Positions 26,007-36,013 of a stretch of 46,601 nt of DNA are shown in pieces. A program made the position numbers and the translations under genes. The stretch comes from Spirochaetaceae bacterium (lineage in GTDB: Bacteria; Spirochaetota; Spirochaetia; DSM-27196; PWMO01), in contig JBKHEN010000001.1 in the NCBI GenBank assembly GCA_046540795.1, positions 1-46,601 on the forward strand. The letters are read 5' to 3'. A model generated the notes under the pieces. It was not told where the DNA came from, did not search any database, and worked only from the letters and a program-made list of their open reading frames with translations. Each line of letters opens with the position of its first letter. Within the stretch, counting starts at the first letter, position 1.

Positions 26007-26088
26007 AAAGAGGTTCACTGAACCTACTACGGGCTCGCGGGTTATGTCAACAGCGAGCCGCGCGGAGGCGAAAACGGGACGAGCGAGC

Positions 26089-26562
26089 ATGAAAACACGG
26101 ATGAGCTACGACGACGATATCTTCTTCCTCCAGAGCATGATAAAGACCCTTCGCTCGGGTCTGGCGCTGGAGATCGACGCGGATCTATTCAAGGAGAAAG
26201 TACTGGAAGACGTATTCTTCATCGACGCCACGCTGATGAAGATACTATCGGCGCTGCGGGAGAATCCGAATCTCATACGCCGTTCGGATTACCTGAAGGC
26301 ATTGGGACGGGCTCAGAATGCCTTCATCGGCTACCTGGAGGACCTCATTGCAGAGGAGCGTCCCCTGGCACAAACCCTCTCGCCTCACGCCGGAAAGCTG
26401 CGAGACTGCCGGGACTCTCACCGCAGGAGCAGCTCCGAAGTACAGGAGATGCTTCATCACCCCGACGCACACAGCCCGGAGGAAGACGTGGTATCCCGGG
26501 AGGAGCTCAGCTACCTGCTGAGCGATACGACCGAAGATGCATCGAAACAGGACGAGGAATGA
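26089..26562 (+). CDS. Hypothetical protein (start uncertain: 26089 or 26104)
   Basis: 157 aa, helical-looking with an acidic C-terminus. The stop is 6 nt before pyk. I recognise no family. Confidence 0.4.
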   Translation: MKTRMSYDDDIFFLQSMIKTLRSGLALEIDADLFKEKVLEDVFFIDATLMKILSALRENPNLIRRSDYLKALGRAQNAFIGYLEDLIAEERPLAQTLSPHAGKLRDCRDSHRRSSSEVQEMLHHPDAHSPEEDVVSREELSYLLSDTTEDASKQDEE

Positions 26563-26568
26563 TCACTC

Positions 26569-28335
26569 ATGAAACGCCTGCGGAAGACAAAGATCATCTG
26601 CACCCTCGGCCCCGCGGTCGACGACGTGCAACGCATGAAGGAGCTTCTCGAGGCGGGAATGAACGTTGCCCGCTTCAACTTCTCCCACGGGAACCATGAG
26701 GAACAGTACCGGCGCCTCGAGATGATACGGCGGGCAAGCCGCGAGACCGACATTCCGGCGGGCCTGCTCCTCGACACCAAGGGCCCGGAGATTCGAACCG
26801 GGGTCATGGCCGACGACGCGAAAGTGCGGCTCGAGCCCGAGGACCGCATCACCCTCACCACCGAGGAGGTCGAGGGACACGCCGGGCGGGTAAGCGTCAG
26901 CTATCATGAGCTTCCCGAGCACGTCGAGGCCGGTCGACACATCTTCGTGGCCGACGGATTGATCGACCTCGAGGTGGAAGCCGTCGAGGGGACGGAGGTG
27001 CGCTGCATCGTGCGAAGCGGTGGAACGCTCGGAAGCAGAAAAAATGTGAACATTCCGGGCGTCCGGGTAACGCTTCCGGCCATCACGGACAAGGACAAGG
27101 AGGACATCGACTTCGCGATCCGCCATGACCTGGATTTCATCGCCGCTTCCTTCGTGCGCAAGGCCGACGACGTCGTGGAGATCCAACGGCTGCTACAGGA
27201 GCGGGGCTCTCGGATCCACGTCATCGCCAAGATCGAGGACCAGGAGGGTCTGGACAACATCAGAGACATCGCCCGGGTGTCCGCCGGCGTCATGATCGCC
27301 CGGGGCGACCTCGGGGTTCAGCTGAGCACCGAACAAATTCCGTTGGCACAGAAGCGCATTATCGAAATCTGTAACGGGCGGAACAAGCCGGTGATAACCG
27401 CCACGCAGATGCTCGACTCCATGATCAACAACTCCTATCCCACCCGGGCGGAGCTCACCGACGTCGCGAACGCGATTTTTGACGGCACCGACGCGGTCAT
27501 GCTCTCCGGCGAGACCGCAGGCGGCGCCTATCCCCGGCGAGCAACGGAGACCATGCACCGCATCGCCATGGCCGTCGAGGAGTCTCCCGAGTACGAACGC
27601 CGCAGGGAGAAGTACTTCACTTTCCACGAGTCTCAGGCCGATGTCGGACACGCCATCGCCCGGGCCGCCTACGTAGTTGCCCGAGACATAGAGGCACGAG
27701 CCATCGTCGCCCCGACGCTTCGCGGGAACACTCCGCGCCTGTTGTCCAAGTTTCGACCGAACGCGGACATCATCGCCGTAACTACCTCCGAGCCGGTGTT
27801 CCGGCAGCTCCTCCTCCCGTGGGGCATCGTCCCCGTTCTCTCCGAGCACGTGACCGATTCCGAGTTGATGATCCAACGCGCTCTACAGCGATCACTGCAG
27901 AGCGGCTACGTCAGCCGCAGCGACAAAGTGGTCACCGCCGCCGGAATCCCGGTCAACTCCCCTTTTCCCATGAACACCATCAAGGTGCATTTTCTCGGCA
28001 ACGTGCTGAACCGCGGCCACAAGGGGGCCGGCGAGAGCTGCTCCGGGCGTATCGTAAAGGCGACCTCCGCATCGGAAGCCGCGCGCGTGCTGCGCGGCTC
28101 CGGGGACGAGATTCTGCTTATTCCCACCCTCGAGCCCGAGCATCGCGACGTTCTAAAATCGGTGCTCGGCGTCATCGTCGAGGGAGAGATGTTTCTCTCC
28201 CCCGAGGAGGCCCTCGAGACCAATCCGGAGCTCGTCGTCATTGCCGAGGTTCCGGAGGCTGTGGCACAGTTCGAAAACAGCCAGATCGTCAGCCTCGACG
28301 GGGCGGAGAAAATCATTTACGAAGGACTGTTGTAG
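26569..28335 (+). CDS. pyk: Pyruvate kinase with a C-terminal PEP-utilizer (mobile) domain
   Basis: Motifs [16 protein letters not shown] and MIARGDLGV. It has about 110 extra C-terminal aa ([29 protein letters not shown]..) like the long Geobacillus-type PKs. Confidence 0.95.
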   Translation: MKRLRKTKIICTLGPAVDDVQRMKELLEAGMNVARFNFSHGNHEEQYRRLEMIRRASRETDIPAGLLLDTKGPEIRTGVMADDAKVRLEPEDRITLTTEEVEGHAGRVSVSYHELPEHVEAGRHIFVADGLIDLEVEAVEGTEVRCIVRSGGTLGSRKNVNIPGVRVTLPAITDKDKEDIDFAIRHDLDFIAASFVRKADDVVEIQRLLQERGSRIHVIAKIEDQEGLDNIRDIARVSAGVMIARGDLGVQLSTEQIPLAQKRIIEICNGRNKPVITATQMLDSMINNSYPTRAELTDVANAIFDGTDAVMLSGETAGGAYPRRATETMHRIAMAVEESPEYERRREKYFTFHESQADVGHAIARAAYVVARDIEARAIVAPTLRGNTPRLLSKFRPNADIIAVTTSEPVFRQLLLPWGIVPVLSEHVTDSELMIQRALQRSLQSGYVSRSDKVVTAAGIPVNSPFPMNTIKVHFLGNVLNRGHKGAGESCSGRIVKATSASEAARVLRGSGDEILLIPTLEPEHRDVLKSVLGVIVEGEMFLSPEEALETNPELVVIAEVPEAVAQFENSQIVSLDGAEKIIYEGLL

Positions 28336-28349
28336 CGGAGCGCCGCGCT

Positions 28350-29915
28350 ATGAGCGATGCACATACCCTCTCGTATCAAGGAAAGGTCGAGGAGCTCTCG
28401 CTCCTGTTCGAGATAAGCCAGCTGCTCGATCAGAGCATGGAGCTCGACCGCGTCATCCATCCGGTGCTGCAGGCACTGGCGGACCGCCTGGGCATGCAGC
28501 ACGCCGCCATAACCCTGCTCGACCGTCATACCGGCGAGCTATCCATCGAGGCGGCTTACGGGTATACCTCCAAAGAGCAGGCTCGTGGCCGATATCGCCT
28601 CGGCGAGGGGGTTACCGGTACCGTCGTACAGACGGGACAAACCCAGATTATTCCGCGTGCGGCTGAGGACTCCCGTTTCTTGAACCGCACCGGCGTGCGC
28701 AAAGAGTCCGAGGACATGTCCTTCATTTGCGTGCCCATCCGCCTGGAGAACGAAACCATCGGCGCGCTGAGCGTCGACTGCGAGCCGGCCTCCGAAGAAC
28801 AGCTTGCGAGCTCGGCGCGGCTGTTATCCATCGTGACCTCCCTCATCTCGCAGGCGGTGAGACTCCGTCAGAACATTCTCGAGGAGAAGCGGCAGCTCGT
28901 CGCCGAAAACGAACGGCTACACAACGAGCTGCGGGCCAAGTTCCGGCCGCAGAATCTCATCGGCAACTCACAGGCAATGCAGACGGTCTACGACATGATC
29001 GCCCAGGTCTCCCGCAGCGAGGCTACCGTGCTGATCCGGGGTGAGAGCGGCACGGGAAAGGAGCTCGTCGCCCACGCAATTCACTACAACAGCCCCCGAG
29101 CGGAAAAACCCTTCATCAAGGTACATTGCGCCGCCCTCCCGGAGACTATCATCGAGAGCGAGCTCTTCGGGCACGAGAAGGGCTCCTTCACCGGCGCCAC
29201 GAGTACCCGCAAGGGACGCTTCGAGCTTGCTCACGGCGGCACGATCTTTCTCGATGAGATCGGAGATCTTGCACCGGCAACTCAGGTCAAATTGCTGCGG
29301 GTGCTTCAGGAGCGAGAGTTTGAGCGCGTCGGCGGCAACGAAACGCTGCGGACCAACGTCCGGATCATCACCGCCACCAATCGTAATCTCGAGGAGCTCA
29401 TGGAGCAGCATCAGTTTCGTGAGGATCTGTACTACCGGCTCAACGTCTTCCCGATACATCTTCCCCCGCTTCGCGACCGTAAGAGCGACATTCTTTTGCT
29501 CGCCGACCATTTCACAGAGAAGTACGGCGAAAAGAACTACAAGGATATCCAGCGGATCTCAACACCGGCCATCGACCTTTTGTCGAGCTATCACTGGCCG
29601 GGCAACGTGCGGGAGCTGGAGAACGTCATCGAGCGTGCGGCGGTATTGAGCACCGACGGCGTCATCCACAGCCACCACCTTCCGCCGACGCTGCAATCGG
29701 CGGAGTCCACGGGCACCGGTGTCCGCGACTCCCTACAGGCGCAGCTGGACAATCTGGAGCGGGAGCTCGTCATCGACGCGCTCAAACAGACCAACGGCAA
29801 TATGGCCAGGGCCGCCGAACTGCTCGACGTAACCGAACGGGTCATGGGACTTCGCGTGAAAAAGCACGGGATCGACCCGCGAAAGTATCGTACATTTTCG
29901 AAGGCTGACCGGTGA
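28350..29915 (+). CDS. Sigma-54-dependent transcriptional activator with N-terminal GAF domain (NifA-like architecture)
   Basis: Starts at the ATG at 28350 (MSDAHTLS...). GAF-like region ([27 protein letters not shown]). AAA+ core with [23 protein letters not shown] and FLDEIG. C-terminal [28 protein letters not shown]. There is no receiver domain. Confidence 0.9.
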   Translation: MSDAHTLSYQGKVEELSLLFEISQLLDQSMELDRVIHPVLQALADRLGMQHAAITLLDRHTGELSIEAAYGYTSKEQARGRYRLGEGVTGTVVQTGQTQIIPRAAEDSRFLNRTGVRKESEDMSFICVPIRLENETIGALSVDCEPASEEQLASSARLLSIVTSLISQAVRLRQNILEEKRQLVAENERLHNELRAKFRPQNLIGNSQAMQTVYDMIAQVSRSEATVLIRGESGTGKELVAHAIHYNSPRAEKPFIKVHCAALPETIIESELFGHEKGSFTGATSTRKGRFELAHGGTIFLDEIGDLAPATQVKLLRVLQEREFERVGGNETLRTNVRIITATNRNLEELMEQHQFREDLYYRLNVFPIHLPPLRDRKSDILLLADHFTEKYGEKNYKDIQRISTPAIDLLSSYHWPGNVRELENVIERAAVLSTDGVIHSHHLPPTLQSAESTGTGVRDSLQAQLDNLERELVIDALKQTNGNMARAAELLDVTERVMGLRVKKHGIDPRKYRTFSKADR

Positions 29916-30131
29916 GATCCTACAAAATAGTAGCTTATCATGCGTCACCCTACGTTCTTGTATAATCGTCCGACGGATGGCGCCGGCAACGCAAGCGGTT
30001 TCAACGGTAGCGGCGGTTTGCGCTAAGGGGTTTCCCGATCAATACATAGCGACCACGGTGCCGGCACAAACCACCCGGACACCGCCCGATCACGGGCTTC
30101 GAAGCACTCGAACCTGCCGGCCCGCACCACT

Positions 30132-30147
30132 TGGCATCAGAATTGCT
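30132..30147 (+). promoter_or_regulatory. Sigma-54 (-24/-12) promoter TGGCAT-N5-TTGCT upstream of amt
   Basis: TGGCAT at 30132-30137, then cagaa, then TTGCT at 30143-30147. GG-to-GC spacing is exactly that of the TGGCAC-N5-TTGCW consensus. It lies 38 nt upstream of the amt ATG, with AGGAGGGG at 30171-30178. Confidence 0.65.
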
Positions 30148-30184
30148 TTCCCTCCTCGTAACATCTTTCGAGGAGGGGTACATC

Positions 30185-31561
30185 ATGAATGTACGGTTGA
30201 TCACCCTAATGGTCGCAGTTGGGCTCGTCGCGGGCGGGGGGACCGCCGCCGCACAGGACGCCTCAGCCGAGGAGATTCTGGCGCTGCATTCTCAGGCGCT
30301 CGACATGATCTGGCTCATCCTTGCCGCCGCGTTGGTCTTCTTCATGCAGGCCGGATTCGCGATGGTGGAAACGGGACTGACCCGGGCCAAGAACGCCGGC
30401 AACATCATTATGAAAAACCTGATGGACTTCTCAGCCGGCGCGGTAGCCTACTGGGCAATCGGCTGGGCCGTCATGTATGGGGCACCGAGCGCCGGCGGCA
30501 TCCTCGGCGCGAACGGGTTCTTCCTGTCGTACACCACGGAGGCCATGAACGCATACGGCGTGGAGGAAATGTCGGCACTACTGCGCGACTGGATGTTTCA
30601 GGTCGTATTTGCGGCTACCGCGGCGACCATCGTCTCCGGCGCGATGGCCGAGCGCACGCGGTTCGCGGGATACCTTATATACAGCGTATTCATCACAGGC
30701 CTCATCTATCCGATCTCGGGCCACTGGGTCTGGGGCGGCGGTTGGCTCGCCGAGCTGGGCTTCCATGACTTCGCCGGGAGCACGGTGGTCCATTCGGTGG
30801 GCGCCTGGGCGGCGCTCGTCGGTGCCGCGATACTCGGTCCAAGGCGCGGCAAGTACGTTCGGGTGAACGGCGGGGTCACCGTGAAGGCCATCCCCGGCCA
30901 CAACATGCCGCTGGCGGCTCTCGGTGTGTTCATTCTGTGGTTCGGATGGTACGGATTCAACGCCGGGAGCACGCTGTCGGGAAGCGATCTCGACATAGCG
31001 CACGTGGCGGTTACCACCACTTTGGCCGCGTCCACGGGGGCAATCGGCGCGATGGCAACCTCGTGGGTGTGGTTCGGCAAGCCGGACCCGTCGGTCTCGC
31101 TGAACGGCGCGCTCGCCGGCCTCGTGGGTATTACCGCGGGCACCTGGGTGGTGAGCCCGCTCGGCGCCGTGGTCATCGGTACGGTGGCCGGTATCCTCGT
31201 GGTGCTGTCCGTGGAGCTTCTCGACAAGGTCCTCCACGTCGACGACCCGGTCGGCGCGGTCTCGGTGCACGGCACCTGCGGCGCCTGGGGGACGATTGCC
31301 GTGGGTCTCTTTGCCGACGGCGTAAACGATCCCGGGATCGTCGGACTATTCTACGGAGGAGGATTAGGACAGCTCGGCATACAGGCCCTCGGCGTGCTCT
31401 CGGTATTCCTCTACATCGTCGCCGCCTCGGCCATACTCTTCGGTATTCTCAAGGCGTCGGGCGTCTTACGCGTTGCCGACACGGACGAGCTGCGGGGACT
31501 CGACATCGGCGAGCACGGGGTAGAGTCCTACGCCGGCTTCCAGATTTTCACGTCCATGTAA
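30185..31561 (+). CDS. amt: Ammonium transporter (Amt family)
   Basis: Starts at the ATG at 30185, followed by a signal-like sequence. Motifs [22 protein letters not shown] and VHGTCGAWG. Confidence 0.95.
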   Translation: MNVRLITLMVAVGLVAGGGTAAAQDASAEEILALHSQALDMIWLILAAALVFFMQAGFAMVETGLTRAKNAGNIIMKNLMDFSAGAVAYWAIGWAVMYGAPSAGGILGANGFFLSYTTEAMNAYGVEEMSALLRDWMFQVVFAATAATIVSGAMAERTRFAGYLIYSVFITGLIYPISGHWVWGGGWLAELGFHDFAGSTVVHSVGAWAALVGAAILGPRRGKYVRVNGGVTVKAIPGHNMPLAALGVFILWFGWYGFNAGSTLSGSDLDIAHVAVTTTLAASTGAIGAMATSWVWFGKPDPSVSLNGALAGLVGITAGTWVVSPLGAVVIGTVAGILVVLSVELLDKVLHVDDPVGAVSVHGTCGAWGTIAVGLFADGVNDPGIVGLFYGGGLGQLGIQALGVLSVFLYIVAASAILFGILKASGVLRVADTDELRGLDIGEHGVESYAGFQIFTSM

Positions 31562-31589
31562 CGGACGCGACACGTAAGGAGGTGACAAA

Positions 31590-31931
31590 ATGAAACTAAT
31601 CATTGCCTATATTCAGCCTCACAAGCTCAACGATGTGAAGGAAGAGCTCTACAAGCGGGAAGTCTACAAGATGTCGGTCACCAACTCGATGGGAGCCGGA
31701 CAGCAGAAGGGCTATACGGAGCACTATCGGGGTGTCGATATCGAGGTAAATCTGCTGAAGAAAGTTCGCATTGAAATCGGCGTGAACGACGATTTCGTAG
31801 ACCCTACCATCGAGGCGATCATCGCGGGAGCACGGACCGGCGAAATCGGGGACGGGAAGATTTTCATCGTCCCCCTCGAGCAGACCATCCGTATTCGCAG
31901 CGGGGAGCAGGGCAACGTCGCCATCGGCTGA
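31590..31931 (+). CDS. glnK: P-II family nitrogen regulatory protein (GlnK-type by linkage to amt)
   Basis: 113 aa, with T-loop [14 protein letters not shown] and C-terminal motif [11 protein letters not shown]. Confidence 0.9.
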   Translation: MKLIIAYIQPHKLNDVKEELYKREVYKMSVTNSMGAGQQKGYTEHYRGVDIEVNLLKKVRIEIGVNDDFVDPTIEAIIAGARTGEIGDGKIFIVPLEQTIRIRSGEQGNVAIG

Positions 31932-32119
31932 CGACGCGGAGGGGCGGCGCGCCCACGGCTCACGCTCGGGATAGGCCGCCGGCCTTCGCGGCGGCCGGCC
32001 GCGGCCGGCGGCACGGGCCCGGCGGGGGCAACCGTCCTCCAGGGCCCGCCGGCCCGACCGGCCTGCGGCGCTCGAGCCCCGCCACCGCCCTCTTTCTGCA
32101 CCCGCTGTGCTTCGCTACA

Positions 32120-35100
32120 ATGTCTCCCGTGCAGAGCAATTCTTCAAACGCGGGTCGTCCGGCCCCCGAATCCCTTGCCGATCGGCACACGGACATCCCT
32201 CGTGACATCGCGGCACGCGTGGCCACGCACTTCCCGGAACACTATTTTCGAAGCTTCACTGAACAGGAGATCGGCGCTCATCTGCGCGCTCTCGCGTCGC
32301 TCTCCGCCGAAACACCTGTGCGCGTCATCGTCAACGAAGCGCCCCAGGGCGCCGAGATAACCTTCGTCTCCTACGACGCCCCCGGGGAGTTTGCCGTGCT
32401 TGCGGGACTGCTCTCGGCGACCGGCTTCGACATCACAAGCGGCGACGTCTTCACCGAGCGCGCCGTCGCGGCAACGGGAGACGCCGCCGCGTCGACCGGA
32501 CACACCGCCGCATCGACCGGAGACACCGCCGCGCCACGCGGCTCGGAGCACCCAGGTAGGCGACGCCGCGGCGGGGCCCGCTCCTGGTACCGCCGGGCGG
32601 GCTCGTTTCCCACGCCCCGCAGGCGCGAGAGCTCCCGGTTCATTGTCGATCGGTTCCTCGGCCGGCTGCGCATTCCGTTCGACGAATGGCGCGGTGAGGT
32701 TACGAGGAAGGCGGAGGGGTTCCTCTCGCAGCTGCACGAGCAGACCGAGCGGAGCTTCGACGAGGTGAAACGCCGGATCACCGAGGAGGTTGCCTCGGCC
32801 CTGGACAGATTCCCCGTTCACCGCGAGCGTGCCCTGTATCCCGTGGAAATCGACTTCGAGCCGGGAAAGACAACCACCCGCATGCGGGTGAGCGGCGTAG
32901 ACACCCCCTTCTTCCTGTACGCGCTTGCCAGCGCCCTCACCCTGCACGACCTCTCGGTGGAACGTGTGGAAATCAACACCCGCGCACAGCAGGTGGAGGA
33001 TCTGTTCGAGCTGGTCGATGTCTCGGGCCGACCGGTGAACGACGAGCGGCGACTGAACCAGATCCGTTTGTCGGTGGCCTTTACAAAGCAGTTCACCTAT
33101 TTCCTCTCGGTTGCTCCCGACCGCTATCAGGCACTCCAACGCTTCGAGCGGCTCATCCAGGATTTTCTTACCCTCTCGGAGCGGGATCAGCTTCAATCGA
33201 TGCTGTCGAGCCCCAAGGTCCTCCAGGATCTGGCCCGACTCCTCGGGGCGAGCGACTTCCTCTGGGAGGACTTCATTCGGCTGCAACACGAGCAGCTTTT
33301 GCCTTTGCTCACCCGTTCGGACCGTGAGCTTCTCAGTCACGCGCCGGAGCACGTTCACCGGGCTCTCCGGGCGGTGCTCGACGCGTGCGAGACGATCGAG
33401 GAGAAACGGCAGGCTTTGAACGACTTCAAGGACCACGAGGCATACCTCATCGACCTCGACCATATTCTGCAAGAGAACCTCGACTTCTTCTTCCTGAGCA
33501 CCCGTCTGACGGCCCTGGCCGAGGCGGTCATCGAAGCGGCGTATCGCATCTGTTACGAAGCGATGGAATCACGGCACGGTACTCCCCGCACCGTGGCGGG
33601 TCTCCCTGCAAAGGCCGCGGTCCTCGGGCTGGGTAAGCTCGGCGGCGAGGCCCTCGGCTACGCTTCCGACCTGGAGATGATGTTCATCTATAGCGACGCC
33701 GGCGATACGGACGGCAATGAACCGGTACGAAACGCGGAGTTCTTTGCGGGCCTGGCAAGCGAGGTAGCGTCCTTTATCCGGGCCAAACGGGAGGGGATCT
33801 TTCAGGTCGACCTGCGTCTGCGACCTTATGGGGCTGCCGGCGCGCAGGCCTCGAGCCTGGCTCAGTTCTCCCGGTACTACTCGACCGCGGCATCGAGTCT
33901 GGAGAAGCTCGCGCTGGTGCGCATGCGCCCCGTTGCCGGAGACCGCGAGTTCGGCGGCCGTCTCGAGCGCCTGCGCGATGAACTGCTCTACGCCGCCGAC
34001 AGCATCGACGTTGCCGAGCTCAAGCGGCTTCGGAATCACCAGTTGGAGTCCAAGACGCGCCCGGGGCAGCTCAACGCGAAGTTCTCCCCCGGCGGGCTCG
34101 TTGATCTCGAATACAGCGTGCAGATACTGCAGGTAACCCTCGGCAGGACCAATCCACGTCTGCGGACGCCGCGCATCCACGTGGCTCTGAAGGAGCTTGT
34201 GGCAGCCGGGGAGCTTGAAGAAGCGGAAGCGGAGCGGCTGGTCGCGGCCTATCACTTCCTCCGTAAGCTCATAAACGGATTGCGCATGTTGCGAGGGAAC
34301 GCCCGCGACCTGTTCATGCCCGCCCCGGAATCCCTGGAGTTCCAGCATCTGGCGCGGCGGATGGGCTATGGGGGTTCGGGCGAGCTCGGCCCGGCCGGAC
34401 AGCTGCGCATGGAGTTCGAGACACGCACGGCGGAGGTACGCGTATTCGTTGAACGGGAGCTCGGCCGCGATGCCCTGCCCGGCACGCCCTTAGGTACCGT
34501 AGCCGACGTCATCCTGGCCGAGGAAATCGATCACCACCGAACGGCAGCTATTCTCACCGGCGGCGGATTCTCGGATGTGGAGCGCAGCATCGGAAATCTC
34601 CGACGGCTTGCCGGTGGAGAAGCGCCGGAGAACCGAAAACGGCGGTATCTCTTCGCCGAGCTGGCCATCCTCGCGTGGGACGTGTTCCGCCGCGTGCCCG
34701 ATCCCGACATGGCTGTGAATCACTGGGAGCAGCTTGCCGCCGCCATGCCGGACCCGGAGGCCCACTTTCTCGATCTCCAGCAGCAACCACAGCGGCTCGA
34801 GATTCTCCTAACCATTCTCGCCACGAGCCGGTTTCTCTCCCACACCCTGGTTCGCGATCACCAGTTTCTCGGATGGGCAACCGCACCTTCGGTGATCCGC
34901 GGCACTCGGAGCGAAAGCGACATGCGCGCCGACCTCGACGCAATAGACCCCAACGCGGAGACCCACGAGCAGTGGAGCGACGAGCTGCGTCGGTTTCGCC
35001 GGCGTGAGATTCTGCGCATCGGCACCCGGGACATTTGCCTGGGCGTCGAACTTCCGGTGATCACCGAGGAGCTTTCCAATCTGGCCCGTGCAATCGTCGG

Positions 35101-36013
35101 CGCGTCGCTTGCACGGATCCTTCGGGGCCGTCCGGCGGCGGACCCGGAGCGCTTCGCCGTAATGGCGTTCGGAAAACTCGGCGGAAACGAGCTGAACTAC
35201 AGCTCCGATATCGATCTCTTCGCGATCTATGAGCCGAGCACAACCGGGGATAGCGACCTCGAGCGCCGCGCTTACACCGATGCCATGACCACCCTCAATC
35301 GCGAGCTGACCGAGCACACCGCCGAGGGATACCTGTATCGGGTGGACCTCAGGCTGCGTCCGTTCGGATCCTCGGGTATGTTGGTACAGCCGACAGGGAC
35401 CGCCCTCGAGTACTATCGCTCGCGCGCCGCCGACTGGGAGCGGCAAGCGATTATCAAGCTGGGACCGGTTGCCGGAAACCGGGATCTGGCTGAGCGGTTC
35501 ATCGGACAAGCGCATGCGGCGATCCCGCAGGGGCTCGACCGGGAGACGGTTTCGGAAAGTATTCGCCGTCTGCGTGCCCGCAAGACGCACGCCCTCGAGG
35601 GCTCTCCGCGGGTCGTCGACGTGAAGGAGGGACGCGGCGGCATTCGGGACATCGAGTTTCTCGTTCAAGGCCTGCAACTGCGCCACTCGGTACCGGGGGC
35701 CAGATTCGAGGGCAACACGCTTCTTGCGATCGCGTCGCTTGCTGAACGAGGCCTGTTGGATAAGGAGACGGCACAGACGCTGCGGGAAGACTATGTCTTT
35801 CTGCGCAAGACCGAGCATGTGTTACAGATTGCGGCGGACCGGCAGGTCCACGCGTTTCGCCGAGGTTCACAGGACGAGAAGATGCTTGCCTGCAGGATGC
35901 AGCAGGCCCTCGGCGACGGTGGAGATTTCTCCTGCCGCCTGGAGGAGACCCTAAAGCGGGCTCACCGCCTCTACGATACGCTTCTTACCCGTCCCGTTCG
36001 TAGCGATCGATGA
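32120..36013 (+). CDS. glnE: Glutamine synthetase adenylyltransferase/adenylyl-removing enzyme GlnE with ~330-aa N-terminal GlnD-like double-ACT extension
   Basis: Two nucleotidyltransferase motifs (GLGKLGGEALGYASDLEMMFIY and AFGKLGGNELNYSSDIDLFAIY) with the GlnE-specific helical regions. The N-terminal extension carries two ACT-like modules (ITFVSYDAPGEFAVLAGLLSATGFDITSGDVFT and TRMRVSGVDTPFFLYALASALTLHDLSVERVEINTRAQQVEDLFELVD). Confidence 0.85.
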   Translation: MSPVQSNSSNAGRPAPESLADRHTDIPRDIAARVATHFPEHYFRSFTEQEIGAHLRALASLSAETPVRVIVNEAPQGAEITFVSYDAPGEFAVLAGLLSATGFDITSGDVFTERAVAATGDAAASTGHTAASTGDTAAPRGSEHPGRRRRGGARSWYRRAGSFPTPRRRESSRFIVDRFLGRLRIPFDEWRGEVTRKAEGFLSQLHEQTERSFDEVKRRITEEVASALDRFPVHRERALYPVEIDFEPGKTTTRMRVSGVDTPFFLYALASALTLHDLSVERVEINTRAQQVEDLFELVDVSGRPVNDERRLNQIRLSVAFTKQFTYFLSVAPDRYQALQRFERLIQDFLTLSERDQLQSMLSSPKVLQDLARLLGASDFLWEDFIRLQHEQLLPLLTRSDRELLSHAPEHVHRALRAVLDACETIEEKRQALNDFKDHEAYLIDLDHILQENLDFFFLSTRLTALAEAVIEAAYRICYEAMESRHGTPRTVAGLPAKAAVLGLGKLGGEALGYASDLEMMFIYSDAGDTDGNEPVRNAEFFAGLASEVASFIRAKREGIFQVDLRLRPYGAAGAQASSLAQFSRYYSTAASSLEKLALVRMRPVAGDREFGGRLERLRDELLYAADSIDVAELKRLRNHQLESKTRPGQLNAKFSPGGLVDLEYSVQILQVTLGRTNPRLRTPRIHVALKELVAAGELEEAEAERLVAAYHFLRKLINGLRMLRGNARDLFMPAPESLEFQHLARRMGYGGSGELGPAGQLRMEFETRTAEVRVFVERELGRDALPGTPLGTVADVILAEEIDHHRTAAILTGGGFSDVERSIGNLRRLAGGEAPENRKRRYLFAELAILAWDVFRRVPDPDMAVNHWEQLAAAMPDPEAHFLDLQQQPQRLEILLTILATSRFLSHTLVRDHQFLGWATAPSVIRGTRSESDMRADLDAIDPNAETHEQWSDELRRFRRREILRIGTRDICLGVELPVITEELSNLARAIVGASLARILRGRPAADPERFAVMAFGKLGGNELNYSSDIDLFAIYEPSTTGDSDLERRAYTDAMTTLNRELTEHTAEGYLYRVDLRLRPFGSSGMLVQPTGTALEYYRSRAADWERQAIIKLGPVAGNRDLAERFIGQAHAAIPQGLDRETVSESIRRLRARKTHALEGSPRVVDVKEGRGGIRDIEFLVQGLQLRHSVPGARFEGNTLLAIASLAERGLLDKETAQTLREDYVFLRKTEHVLQIAADRQVHAFRRGSQDEKMLACRMQQALGDGGDFSCRLEETLKRAHRLYDTLLTRPVRSDR

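Noticed and set aside
29961-29966. A perfect TATAAT hexamer just downstream of the activator stop, which might signal a second promoter or a long amt leader or riboswitch.
   Set aside because: There is no acceptable -35 at 16-18 nt (tcatgc, atcatg), and the preceding TG is not spaced as an extended -10. I also looked in 29980-30130 for the glutamine-riboswitch core (GGAAGTAGG-type) and did not see it. Kept only as a note.
29916-30131. NifA-type upstream activator sequence (TGT-N10-ACA) or NtrC-type site upstream of the sigma-54 promoter.
   Set aside because: I found no exact TGT-N10-ACA; the closest is tgtataatcgtccgac at 29959-29974, which ends in GAC. Only the 10-bp palindrome GTGCCGGCAC at 30058-30067 stands out, and it is reported as a low-confidence candidate inside a finding.
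29977-30768. A 263-aa ORF starting in the amt upstream region and running out of frame through the amt 5' half.
   Set aside because: It is Arg/Gly/His-rich with no motif, and it overlaps a clear Amt-family gene. The sigma-54 promoter and SD fit the amt start at 30185.
31974-31996. A perfect 8-bp GC hairpin (ggccgccg-gccttcg-cggcggcc) in the glnK-glnE spacer, considered as an intrinsic terminator.
   Set aside because: No U-tract follows it, and the whole 188-nt spacer is GC-rich and full of similar self-complementary runs. I cannot tell a functional attenuator from background without transcript 3'-end data.
32097-32111. A sigma-54-like element (tgcacccgctgtgct) upstream of glnE.
   Set aside because: It lacks the invariant GG of the -24 box, and its distance to the ATG (about 10 nt) is too short for a promoter plus SD.
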